Shown here in pieces: positions 35,801-46,547 of a stretch of DNA of 52,268 nt (positions are counted from its first letter, which is position 1; each line of letters starts with the position of its first letter). Source of the stretch: Parvularia atlantis (taxonomy: Eukaryota); contig CALSCO010001213.1 in NCBI GenBank assembly GCA_943704415.1, positions 1 to 52,268 of the forward strand. Direction: 5' to 3'. Under the pieces are notes generated by a model. That model did not search any database. It was not told where the DNA came from and saw only the letters and a list, made by a program, of their open reading frames with translations. A program made the position numbers and the translations under genes.

Positions 35801-37625
35801 GCGTGATCAGCACGTCCATTGTCGCGTTACCGTGCCGCACTGCCGCCCACGCGCCGCGGTAGAAGCGTTGGCCGACGCCAAACTTGCAGGTGCGCGCAGA
35901 TCAGCGTCGTGCGACAGGCGCTGCCGGCCACGCGCACCTGCACAGGCAGCACGAGGAGTAGCTGCAGCAGCGTGTCGTACGAGACGCCCGGCACGACCTC
36001 GTTGTCTAGCGCCATGTGCACGGGCATGATGCTGCCGCGCGGCGAGTCAGTGGCCACGCACAATACACACGTGCGAGCGCGAGCGCGCAAAACGCACTTC
36101 ATCAGCACCATGTGCATCAACATCAGCGGCACGGCAAAGATGATCGCGATGATCATGTCGCGCCGCCAGGAGCGGATCTCGGCCGTGCGTGCGAGCACCT
36201 CCATCTGGGCCCGCGCAGACGCATGAGCCGACGAGCGTGCGGCGTGCTGCGGCGCACCTGCGACTTGGCGTCCTGCGACGTCTGCAGCTGCGCGATGAAC
36301 CCGGCGGGCCGCAGCGCGTTGATGACGTCGCGCGCGCCCGTCACGTCGCCATCGTACTCGACCGTGAGCGTGCCCGTGAGGGCGTCGACGCGCGCCGCCG
36401 AGATGCCCTTCATCGCCATAAGCTGTAGCCAGCGCAAGCGTGAGCAAGTTGCGGCGATCAGCGGGCAGCGCACCGTCGATTGGATCAGCCGCGCGTCCGC
36501 CGGGCCGGCCAGCGGCGAGACGTGGAACTCGAGCTGGCCCGACTGCGGTGCGCCGCATGCGTCAGCCGGTGCGCAGTGCGTGACCCGGGAGGACGAACGC
36601 ACCAGCAACGTCTTGCAAACGGCGGCCGTGTAGCCCGCGTCCTTGACGAAGCGCGTGAGGTCGCCCGGCTGCACGAGCGCATTGTCGATCTGCACCTCGG
36701 CCTTCTCCGCCAGCAGGCTGACCTGCACATCGAGCACGCTGTGGCGCAGCGGTTCAGCACACGCACGCGAGCATGCGCAGCAGCGGCCGAGCGTGGCGCA
36801 CCCGGGTTGCTTGAGCAGGTGCTTCTCGACCGTGGCCACGCACGAGCCGCACGTCATCCCGCGCACGTCCAGCCGCACCCAGCGCATGTTCTCGGGCTTA
36901 GCAGGGGCTGTGGGTGCTGCGGGGACCACCGCGCCCGCCGTCTCCGCGCCCCCGGTCGTCGATGCCGTTGCCTCGGATGTCAGGGCCCCGCGCACGTGCC
37001 GGACAAGCTCGAGCGTCTCGAGCGGGTCGCGCAGCCCGGTGGCGTTGAAGCCGGCGTCCTCGATCGCGACCATCGCCCGCTGCCGCGCGCCCTGCGCCGG
37101 TGCGACGAGCGGCCGGTAGCGCACAACGGCGGCGTGGGCGGCCAGATCGACGTGGACGGCGTGCACGCCCTCGAGCTGCCTGGCGCCGCGATGGCGCCGC
37201 GATGGTGTCATGGGTGAGCGCCGATGACGGCATGCGGGTGCCTGTGTTGCGCGCACCGCAGCGCCGCGCCGACCGACGCCGTGCAGGAGCCGCACGTCAT
37301 GCCGCCGACGCCGAGCACGTCCACGACGCCCGCGTTGTAGCCGCTGTCCTCCACGGCGCGCAGCGCGGCGACCAGGGCCGGCCCGTCGTCGTCGGCGCGT
37401 AGCTGTTTTTTTTGGGGGGGGCGGGGGGGGCATTGCTCAGCGACTGTCGACGGCGGCGGCGAGCGCGGCACGCACCACGACGTCGCGCGTCACGAACGAC
37501 GGCGCGTGCACGAGCGACGGCGCAGCGCCCGCCACACACCCCAGTGCCCCGGCCACGGCGCGCTCGCACGAGGCGCACGTGAGGCCATCAAGAGCGACGA
37601 CTAGGGTGACGGCCACCGCAGCCAT
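32852..37625 (-). CDS. P1B-type copper-transporting ATPase (ATP7/CCC2-like)
   Basis: HMA motifs [85 protein letters not shown]. Confidence 0.97.
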
Positions 37626-37657
37626 GCTGAGACGCGTCGCTCTGCCTTTGATCTCGA

Positions 37658-38500
37658 ATGTCGTTGGCGCAGCCACTCGACGTGCTCGCGACGCTCACGA
37701 CGGCGCTCGCGTCGCCCGCGTGGGCCGAGCGCGTCTTGCGCGCGTACGATGCATCCGGGCCGCGGCGGTACCACACCGGCACGCACCTGCGCCGCCTGCT
37801 TGTGCTGCACGCGCAGCACGTTGAGCTGTGGAGGCGGCCGCGCGCGGCACTGCTCGCCATCGCGTTCCACGAGTGTGTCGCAAAACGCCGTGGTTGGTGC
37901 GGCGGGCGGTGGCTGACTCGCGAGCGGCGCAGCATCGTGTACGACCCGACGCGCAAGGACAACGAGGACCGCAGCGTGGACGATTTTGACGCCTACGTGC
38001 GCGAGACCGGCGCCGTGGACGACGAGACGGCCGCGCTCGTGCGCATGATGATCCGCTGCACGATCCGGCACGAGCTGCCGGGTGGGCAACGGCTGCTCGC
38101 GAGCGCGCCGCCTCCGCCCGACGATGCGCAGCAAGCGCAGGAGCAGCAGCTGCCGGCGGACGTGCTGCATGACATCGCGCTGTTCCTCGACTGCGACCTC
38201 GAGGTGCTCGGATGGCAGCCCGCCGAGTACATCGTCTACTCGTCGCAGATCCGTGCCGAGTACGCGCACTTCGCCGAGCCGGACTACCGTGCCGGGCGTG
38301 CGGCGGTGCTGAAGCGCTTCCTGGCGCGCCCGCGGCTGTTTTTCACCGCGACCTTCGCCAACCTCGAGGCAACCGCGCGGTGCAACGTCGAGCGCGAGGT
38401 CATGCTGATAGAGAAGGCGCAGCTGGCGCTCGCGGAGGGGGCCGCACCTGAAACACGCATCCAGCCAATCAGTGCGGCTGATTACGTTTCAGGAAGATGA
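37658..38500 (+). CDS. Predicted metal-dependent HD-superfamily phosphohydrolase (COG4339-like)
   Basis: RRYHTGTHL, AIAFHD/IVYDP (HD formed across the intron), DNEDRS, FLDCDLEVLG, QIRAEY, YRAGRAAVLKRFL, ARCNVERE. Confidence 0.88.
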   Translation: MSLAQPLDVLATLTTALASPAWAERVLRAYDASGPRRYHTGTHLRRLLVLHAQHVELWRRPRAALLAIAFHECVAKRRGWCGGRWLTRERRSIVYDPTRKDNEDRSVDDFDAYVRETGAVDDETAALVRMMIRCTIRHELPGGQRLLASAPPPPDDAQQAQEQQLPADVLHDIALFLDCDLEVLGWQPAEYIVYSSQIRAEYAHFAEPDYRAGRAAVLKRFLARPRLFFTATFANLEATARCNVEREVMLIEKAQLALAEGAAPETRIQPISAADYVSGR

Positions 38501-38595
38501 CGTTATGCTCACTGCTGATTGGCTGCTTCTGTTAATCGGAAAGGTTAATTGGTGGATCATGGCCAAGAGCAGGTCACGTGCCGTGCCACACAAAC

Positions 38596-39200
38596 ATGAC
38601 AGCGGAGCTCGAGGGGCACCGGCCGTGGCACGACGCGGCGCAGCTCGGCCTGCTGGTGCGCTACGAGCTGCTGCGGGTCGAGGTGAGCCTGCGGTCCGCG
38701 CGCGTGGAGGGCGTGCGTGCAGGCCTGACCGCGATGCGGCCGCGCAGGTCGAGGGCCGGCGCGTGCTGCTGGCGTGGTGGCGCGGGCGCGCGTTCGCGCT
38801 CGACAACCACTGCTACCACTCGGGCGGCCCGCTGGACGGGGGCGAGATCGAGGAGATCGAGGAGCTCGGGCGGCGGCCGTGTGTCGTCTGCCCGTGGCAT
38901 CACTACAAGATCATGCTCGACAGCGGCGAGGGCGTGTACCTCCAGGTTGACCCGTTCGCGCCGCGCGGCACGCCGCCCACGCTGCGCTCCAGGGGCGTGC
39001 GGCAGCGCGTACACCACGTGCGCGTGCAGGACGGCGTCGTGCAGGTGCGGCTGGCCATGGACGGGCCCGAGCTGCCGTGCGACTACTACTCGAGTGACGC
39101 GTACCGGCGGCTGATGGCGGGGCGACCGGGCGCGTCACCAGGCGCAGCGGCATCAGCACCAGCACCAGCAGGCGGGGGCGGGCCAGAGGCTGTGTTGTAG
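38596..39200 (+). CDS. Rieske [2Fe-2S] domain protein (RFESD-like)
   Basis: ALDNHCYHSGGPL...CVVCPWHHYKIMLDSGEG...GVRQRVH. One intron. Confidence 0.9.
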
Positions 39201-39244
39201 CGCAGCGCACCGCACGACAGCATTCTGTCACTTTTCGCTCACCG

Positions 39245-40158
39245 ATGGCCAAGCTACGCGTCGGCATCGTGGGATACGGCAGCCTTGGGCGCTTCCTCGC
39301 GCAGGCCATCCTGACGGTCAGGGCGCCCGCGCTACAGGCGCCCGCGCGCGCGCGCACGCTCACGCCGCAGCGCCGCAGGACGCCAAGGTCGGCGCGCGGC
39401 TCGAGCTTGCGTTCGTCTGGAACCGCACGGCCGCGCGCATCGACGACGTCCCGCCCGCGCTCGTCCTGCACGACCTGGACGACTTTGTCGCGCGCGGGGC
39501 CGACATCGTCGTCGAAGTCGCCCACCCGGCCATCTGCGGCGCGTACGGCGCGCGCTTCCTGCGCCACGCGCACTTCTTTGTCGGGTCGCCGACGGCCCTC
39601 GCCGACGCGGCGCTCGAGCGCGAGCTGCGCGCGATCGTCGAGGCGCCGGGCGCGCACTTTGGCCTGTACGTACCGAGCGGGGCGCTGTGGGGCGCGCACG
39701 ACATCCAGAAGATGGGCGAGCGCGGCACGCTCACGGCGCTGACGGTGACAATGAAGAAGGCGCCGCACCACCTTAAGCTCGAGCCGCCGCTTCGCGCGCG
39801 CGTGGACGAGGCTGCGGCCCGCGGCGCCGACGCCGGCGAGACCGTCGTGTTTGAGGGCACCGTGCGCGAACTCTGCCCGCTTGCGCCCAACAACGTCAAC
39901 ACGATGGCGGCGGCGGCGCTCGCGGCCGGGCCGGGCGTCGGCGGCTTTGACGGCGTGCGCGCGCGCCTCGTGGCCGACCCGCGGCTCGACCGGCACGTCG
40001 TCGAGGTCGAGGTGCACGGGCCCAACGGCTTTGTCGTGCGCAGCGAGCGCTCCAATCCGGCCGCGCACGGCGCCGTCACGGGCCAGGCCACGTACGTCTC
40101 GTTCCTGTCGAGCCTGCTGCTGGCAGGCGACCGCGGAGTGGGTGTGTTCTTCTGCTGA
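39245..40158 (+). CDS. ASPDH: L-aspartate dehydrogenase-like protein
   Basis: RVGIVGYGSLG, LAFVWNR, VEVAHP, VGSPTALAD, GALWGAHDI, CPLAPNNVNTMA, RSNPA..GAVTG. Confidence 0.92.
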
Positions 40159-40215
40159 GCAGCTTCAGTCGTTGTGTCAAGCCAAGCGTACAGCACACAC
40201 GCCGCGCGGGGGATG

Positions 40216-40449
40216 TCAGAGCCGGCCGCCGAGCAGGCGGAACACCATGTGCAGCGTTGACTCTTTCTGCACGTCGTACTCTTCCAGCGTGCCGCGGTCG
40301 AGCTGCTTGCCCCCGTACAACAGGCGCTGGTGCTCGGGCGCGATGTCGAGCTTCTCCTTCAGCTGCGCCTTGACCTGGTCGATCGTGTCGGACGACTCGA
40401 CGTCGAGCGTGACCGTCCTGCCCTCGACCGTCTTGACAAAGATCTGCAT
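40216..40449 (-). CDS. Divergent stand-alone ubiquitin-like protein, intronless, ends LLGG-RL
   Basis: [23 protein letters not shown]...[10 protein letters not shown]...[17 protein letters not shown]; about 60% identical to ubiquitin by manual alignment. Confidence 0.9.
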   Translation of the reverse strand: MQIFVKTVEGRTVTLDVESSDTIDQVKAQLKEKLDIAPEHQRLLYGGKQLDRGTLEEYDVQKESTLHMVFRLLGGRL

Positions 40450-40593
40450 GGCTGTGGCTGTGGCTGTGCGGTACTGCGTGCGCTGTGTGCGGCGCGGTTG
40501 TGAGCAGCCGCGTCAGCGCCTTGAAGGCGGTGCGTGACTCGTGACACACACCACAAACAGTGTGACGTACGAATACCATCGACATTCGAGTCC

Positions 40594-42051
40594 ATGACAG
40601 ACGCCACGTGGCAGCTGGGCCTGATCGCGCCGCTGCCGGATGCGTCGGGCGGGGCGGCGGGCAGCTGCGCCGTGAGCCGCGTGGGCGGTGTGCCGGTGCG
40701 TCCACCCAATCGCTGCCGGGCGGCGGCTTGAGTGCGGGGACGTGCAGGCGTGGCTCGACCTGGAGCGGCTGCCGACGCCGGCGACGTTGACGTGCAGCCA
40801 GTGCGCGCGGCCGATGGCGCTGCTGCTGCAGGTGCGGCGGCGGTGCGGCGGTGCGCCGCGCGGTAAATGCGCTGACGGCCGTCGTCGGCCGTGCGATGCG
40901 CAGATCTACACGCCCGAGGAGGCCGACGACTGCTTCCACCGCGTCGTGTACGTGTTCTGCTGCAAGGCCGGAGCGTGCCACCAGCCGGCGGGGCAGGGCA
41001 GCTTTGTCGTGCTGAGCGCGCACGCGGCTGACGGCATCGACGGCTACACCGCCGACGGCGATCTCACGCCGCGCGGGCGACAGCTGGCTGCGCGCCTGTG
41101 CGCCGTGTGTGGCGGGCCGGCGCCAAGTGCGTGCGGCAAGTGCCACGCCGTGCACTACTGCGGCCGCGACCACCAGCGCTCGCACTGGACGGCGCTGCAC
41201 CGAGACGCGTGCGGCAAGACGCCCGCTGCCGACACGCCCACGGCCACGGTGCAGCTGGCCGAGCGCGTGCTGCACGCGGCGCACCTGTATGCGCAGCACG
41301 AGATCGTGCTCGAGGAGGAGCTGCTGGACGACGACACGACGCGCGACATCCGCGACCTGCTGGCCGCGCACGTGCGCGAGCACGACTCGAGCGAGGGCGA
41401 GGATGACGATGAGGGCGCTGGCGCGGACGAGGTCGATCTGCGCATGGACCAGCTGCAGCTGCACAACAGCAAACAGCGCGACGGTGTGCCGTGAGCATAC
41501 CTGTCTGCGCCTTTTGTTGACCCCCGTGCCGCCCCAGCCGAATTTCAGCAGCGCGTGACGAAAAAGTACGAGCGCAAGCGCAAGGACCGCGTCTTCCTAG
41601 CGTTCCAGCGGCGCACCGAGGCGTACCCGCGGCAGGTCCTGCGCTACCCCGTGCGCGACGCTGATCAGCCCGCACCGTCGCCCGTCTGGGTCAGGTGCAC
41701 TCTCGCTAGTGCACCCGCGGGACCTGCTCACCGCGGACGGCAGCGCGCACAACCAGCTCGCGGCCGAGGACGTGCCGCCGTGCGACAACTGCGCGGGGCG
41801 GCGCAGCTTTGAATTCCAGGCGCGTCACGCGTCGACCTTGGCTTCCGTGGCTGACGCCCCGGCCGCAGATCACGTCGCAGCTGCTCGGCTTTATCGGCGT
41901 GGACGACACGCAGGCCGACTCAATCGACTGGGGCACTCTCGCAGTGTACACGTGTGACCGGCGATGCGCCCCGCCCGCGTCCGCGCCCGGCTACCTGCGC
42001 GAGTATCTCTGGCGGCAGCTCTTCAGCCCGGACGAGTTTGCGCCCGTGTGA
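40594..42051 (+). CDS. PDCD2: Programmed cell death protein 2 (MYND finger + PDCD2_C; uS5 chaperone family)
   Basis: SRVGGVP/AWL, CSQC, LLLQ/IYTP, FHRVVYVFCC, MYND CAVC..CGKC...YCGRDHQRSHW..HRDAC, QVLRY, FEFQ/ITSQLL, IDWGTLAVYTC. Confidence 0.93.
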
Positions 42052-42090
42052 TGTGTTGTACATTGTGTCACGACAAGGCACATAACTGAT

Positions 42091-43839
42091 TTAGACGCGC
42101 GCTGGCCCCGGCGTCGTCGGCCGCGACGTATTGCTCGTGGACGGCAATTGGCCGCCCGCGTGCGCCTCGGGCGGCGACGGCGACGTCGATTGGGGCGTCG
42201 ACACGGTGAGCGAGCGGTTCAGCTTGGCGAGGCGCATGAGCGGGTTGTTGTGCTTGCGTGGCGCGAGCGAGCGGATGAGGTCCACGCGCTGCTCGAGCTC
42301 ATCGCCGTCCGCATCCTCCGTGCGCTTGTGCACGTGCTTGTGCCGGTGCTGCCCCTCGCGGTGGTGGCTTTGCTCCTGCTCCTCGTCGGCCGCCAGAAAC
42401 GCGAGCATGCTGTCGTCAGCGGCTTGCGTCGTGAACAGGCCGCGCGGTGCCATCGGCGGCCGGCCATGCTGCTGCTCCTCGCGCTCGCCGTGCGTACCGC
42501 CCGTGTGCGTGAGCGCACGCACCATGCTTGCCGGCCGCACGGGCATGCTCGGCACGTGGGCCGCGTGCGTGCCCATTGCGTGCATCTCGATCGAGTGCGT
42601 GAGCGTGTGGGCGCGGACCATGCGGCCAGGCGGCGCCGCAGGGAAGTGCTGGTCGTATGGCGTGGTCGGGCGCGACACGTCGAGAGATGACGGCGGCCTG
42701 CGCAGGTCCACCACGACCATCGGCTCGACGTCGATCGACATCATCGGCTCAAGCGCAAGCTTCTTGCCGGCCCCGCGCGCCACGCGCCGCATCTCGCGCA
42801 GGCCGTCGTGGTCCTCGCGCTCGCTGTCGCTGTCGTCGCTCTCGCCCTCGCTCTCGCTCACGGGCACGCTGCTGCCCGCACTGCCCGGCATAACAAAGGT
42901 GGCGCGCCGGCCAGAGAGACGCGGCGGCGGCCCGGCCGTGGCGCGGCGTGCGTCGTCGTCCGAGTCGCTGGAGCTCGAGTCGTGCAGATGGCCAGCCTCA
43001 AGCTCCTCCTTGGTGAGCGGCCGCCGCACCGACTGGACCTGGAACGATGTCTCGCCGGTCTTGGTCTTGCTTGTCGTGATCACCGTCACGCGCTTCGTCC
43101 GCGGCTTGGCGGCCGCAGCAGCGTCGCTGGCCGGCTGCGCGACCGGCTGCGTCTCGGCATGCGTGGCTAGCGGCGACGCGAGCGTGATCGAGACGGCCGG
43201 CGGCGATGGCAGCAGCTGGGGCGACGACTGCGAGTACGGCGACATCTGCCCGCTCGCAAAGTTCAGCGAGGGCCGGCTACTGCGCAGCTGCGTCGACGTG
43301 GGCGTGGGCGGCCGTGCCTCGGTCGGCCCGCTGTCGCGCTTGGCGAGCGGCGTGTGTGACTGCGGGGGCGGCGTCGGGCTGCGCTGGTCGCTCTCGTGCC
43401 CGACAGAGCCCGTGCGCGCTATCACGGGTTGCACGACACTTCGCTCGTCCACCGGCGGCGACGGCATCGGCTGCCCGACGGTGCTGCGCGAGCGCGCCGG
43501 GCGGGCGGCCGCGGTCGAGACGGGCGCGTGCTCGGGGCGGCTGCGCACAGCCGAGGGCTGGCGGTAGACCGGGATGGGCGCGTTCTCGGTCGTGCGCACG
43601 CGCGCGAGCTCGCCGTACGTGCTCGTGACGACGGGCTCGTGGTCCGCCACCGTCGCGAGGCTCTCGTCGCTCACACTCCCGTCCAGCTCGGCGTTCTCGG
43701 CGTTGCGCACGACGATGAACGGCGCGCCGTTGTTGATGTGGTCGTCGCACTCGATCGTGATCTCGAGGTTGGGCGGCGGGATCGGCCCGAGCGTCGCCTG
43801 CATCCCTGCGTTGCCCAGCATCACTTCTTCGTGGAACGT

Positions 43840-43870
<31 letters not shown>

Positions 43871-46437
43871 CGGCGCTGCATCCCGGGCGACATGCCCACC
43901 GACGCCGAGCTCGCGTTGGTGTGGTACACGACCGGCACGGTCGACGTGCTGCGCATGCCCTGCGACTGGCTACGCGAGCGCGAGACCTCGTGTCCGTGCC
44001 AATGCGCGTGCGCGTGCCCTTGAGCGAGTCCGTGTCCGTGCCCCTGCGCGTGTGCCGACGTGCTCGGCCGACGGCTGTAGTGGATGTGCGGGAAGAGGTG
44101 GTGAAAGTGGCTGTGCTGATGTTTGTGCACGTACTGCTGCGCGATCGGGTCGACCGACACGGTGTTGTTGCCGCCATTGACCGTCCCCGCGCCCTCGCCC
44201 GTGCCGCTGCTGCTGGCCGCCGCGGCAGCAGCGGGGACCGCGCCGAGCGACGCGGCCAACCCGCTGCGGTCGAGGTCGTCCAGGTCCACGCCCCGCATTG
44301 GGTGGTGCGTGTGCGGGAAGTGGCGGTGCGCGGCAAAGTCGATGCTCGGCGGCGGGAGATCGCTCGCTGCGCGGTGCTTGACATCCAGCGCGGCGTGGTC
44401 GTCGCCGCCGTGGTCACCGCCCTCGCCATCACCGTTGCCCATGTGGTCCTCGTCGTTGTGCGGGTGCAGAGGCAGCAGGCGCTGGTCCTCGGCCGTCATC
44501 TTGATCTGGAAGATGCGCACGGCCGGCTCGTCCTCCTCGGGGAAGCCGCGGAGGCGGCCCATCAGCATCGTCACGACCATGAGCAGCTTCGAGGCCGTCG
44601 TCCACACGGCGCTGAACGACGTGGTCGTGTTGGGGTAGCCCAGGCTGAGCCCCACCGTGCCGTAGCCCGACGTGATCTCAAAGATGATCCCAAAGACCGA
44701 AAAGTTGGGGTCGCTCGTCAGGCGGTCGTTCTCGACCGCGCAGATGATGACAAAGATCAGGAACAGGTAGAGCGAGTCCTGCGTCAGCAAACCGCGCGCC
44801 TGGTCGTACACGCCGTTTTTGGCGCGAGCGGACGAGGAGCGCACGGCGGCGAGCACGGGCGACGTCGACCTGCGGGCCGAGCGTGAGTGCGTCTGCCATA
44901 CCGCTCGCACACTTGGGAGCCGTCCAAACGCACAGGTACATCGAGCCGATGAGCAACGCGAGCATGCCGTTGTTGAGCAGGTTGATCGCCACCGAGTTGA
45001 AGCCGGCCTTGCGCTGCGCCACCGCGCAGAACGTCAGCGGCGTGACGCGCGGCCTGCCACACGTGCGCGCACCGTCGCAAACGACGTGAAGACCGCGTTG
45101 AGCACCTTCTCGCCGGGCGTCATGAAGCTGGCGGCGCGCGCGCTCAGCGTGAGGTCACGAAGCAGGGCATAGGCTGAGCACGAGAACGTACTTGACCGCG
45201 CCACTCTCCCAGTCCAGGCCGAGAAAGAGCACGAACTCGACCACGTTGACGACGACGACGACTGTGCGCGCCCTGACGTGTGAGCGCTGCGCGTCTCGTG
45301 CGCGAGCGCGCCAACGCACCGAGCAGCAGCCACATCGTCACCGAGCGCTTGAACATGTGCGTGTAGACCCGGCGCGAGTTCTCCAGCAGGTACTTGTACG
45401 CGAGGCGGTCGTAGCCGGTCGAAAGTTTGCTCATGACCCAAACGAGCTGGCGGATGATGATCGGGTAGACGGTCTCGCCGCAGAGCGTGAGGACGGACGA
45501 GACAAGCAGGGGCAGGGGCGAGTTGTAGAATGGGACCATGTTGTCCGAGATCGTGCTCAGGCCCGTGTTGTGCAGCGACGAGATGGAGCTGCGCGCCGCC
45601 CAGCGGTCAGCGGCTGACAAACGGCCAAGGCGTGCGCGGGCGTACGTGAACGCGGCCCAGCCGAAGATGTTGTTGTTGTTCCGCGTGAGCACCGTGAGCG
45701 CGTACGAGTCGTTCGAGACCCAGACGGCGAGGACGAAGAAGCCGAAGATGAGCGTGCCGTAGTAGAACCCGATGACGATGCGGATCAGTTTGCGAACGGC
45801 GTGGTTCTCGAGCAGGTCCAGGCGCGACGCCTGGCGCGGGTCGAACAGGGCCGTGCGCAGCAGCAGCGGCACGATCGTCTGCATCATCGTGCTGCCGAGC
45901 ATGATCGTGACGGCGAGCCAGATGGCCACGCGCGGGTCCATCGCGCTGATGTCGCGCGAGGCGAGCCCGGCCTGCGCGAAGCTGCACGCGGGGCGTGAGC
46001 ACGCGCCGGCAGCATCGCGTGCACGCACGCCGCGCTCGTCATGAACATGGCGTCGACAAAGGTGAGGTCGGCCTGGAAGGCCATCAGCACGCCCGCGCCG
46101 CCGACGACTTTGCGCACGAGTGTCAGGCGCGGCAAACGTCAGCCGCGACAGCCGCGGCGCACCAACCAGGACCATGTACAGCAAAAACAGATTGAAGTAG
46201 GTCGGCCGCAGCCACCGGCGCGCCGTCTGGCCGTACTTGCGCGGGAGCGCAAACGGCCAGACGAGTGCGTTCCTGGCGAACGACCTGCGTGTTTGTCCGT
46301 CTGTCTGTCAGTCGACCCGCTCCTCCTCCGCCTCGTCGCCGCCACCCTCCCCTCCACCACCACCCCATCGCCCCGATCCACGCGCCACGCGCCACGCACT
46401 GCTCGAGCGGCGCGGGCCGCGCAGGCGCCTCGCTCAT
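42091..46437 (-). CDS. Trk/HKT-family K+ transporter with a long disordered C-terminal tail
   Basis: Four pore-loop motifs: SAA/FAQAGL, SSLHNTGL, T/RKAGF, FEITSGYGTVGLSLG. Also LCGETVYPIIIR, LLENSRRVYTHMF and MLMGRLRGFP. Confidence 0.92.
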
Positions 46438-46547
46438 GTCGCGCGGCGATCGACCCGGATGAGAGAGATGCAGCGCAAAGTGTGACAGCGCGAGTGTCGA
46501 CGGGAAGGACAACTCGTTGGCGCCAAAAAATTTCCAAAGTAGGCGAG

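Noticed and set aside
37406..37430. Poly-T/poly-G run as a frameshift or pseudogenisation of the Cu-ATPase
   Set aside because: It lies within an inferred intron just before its AG acceptor.
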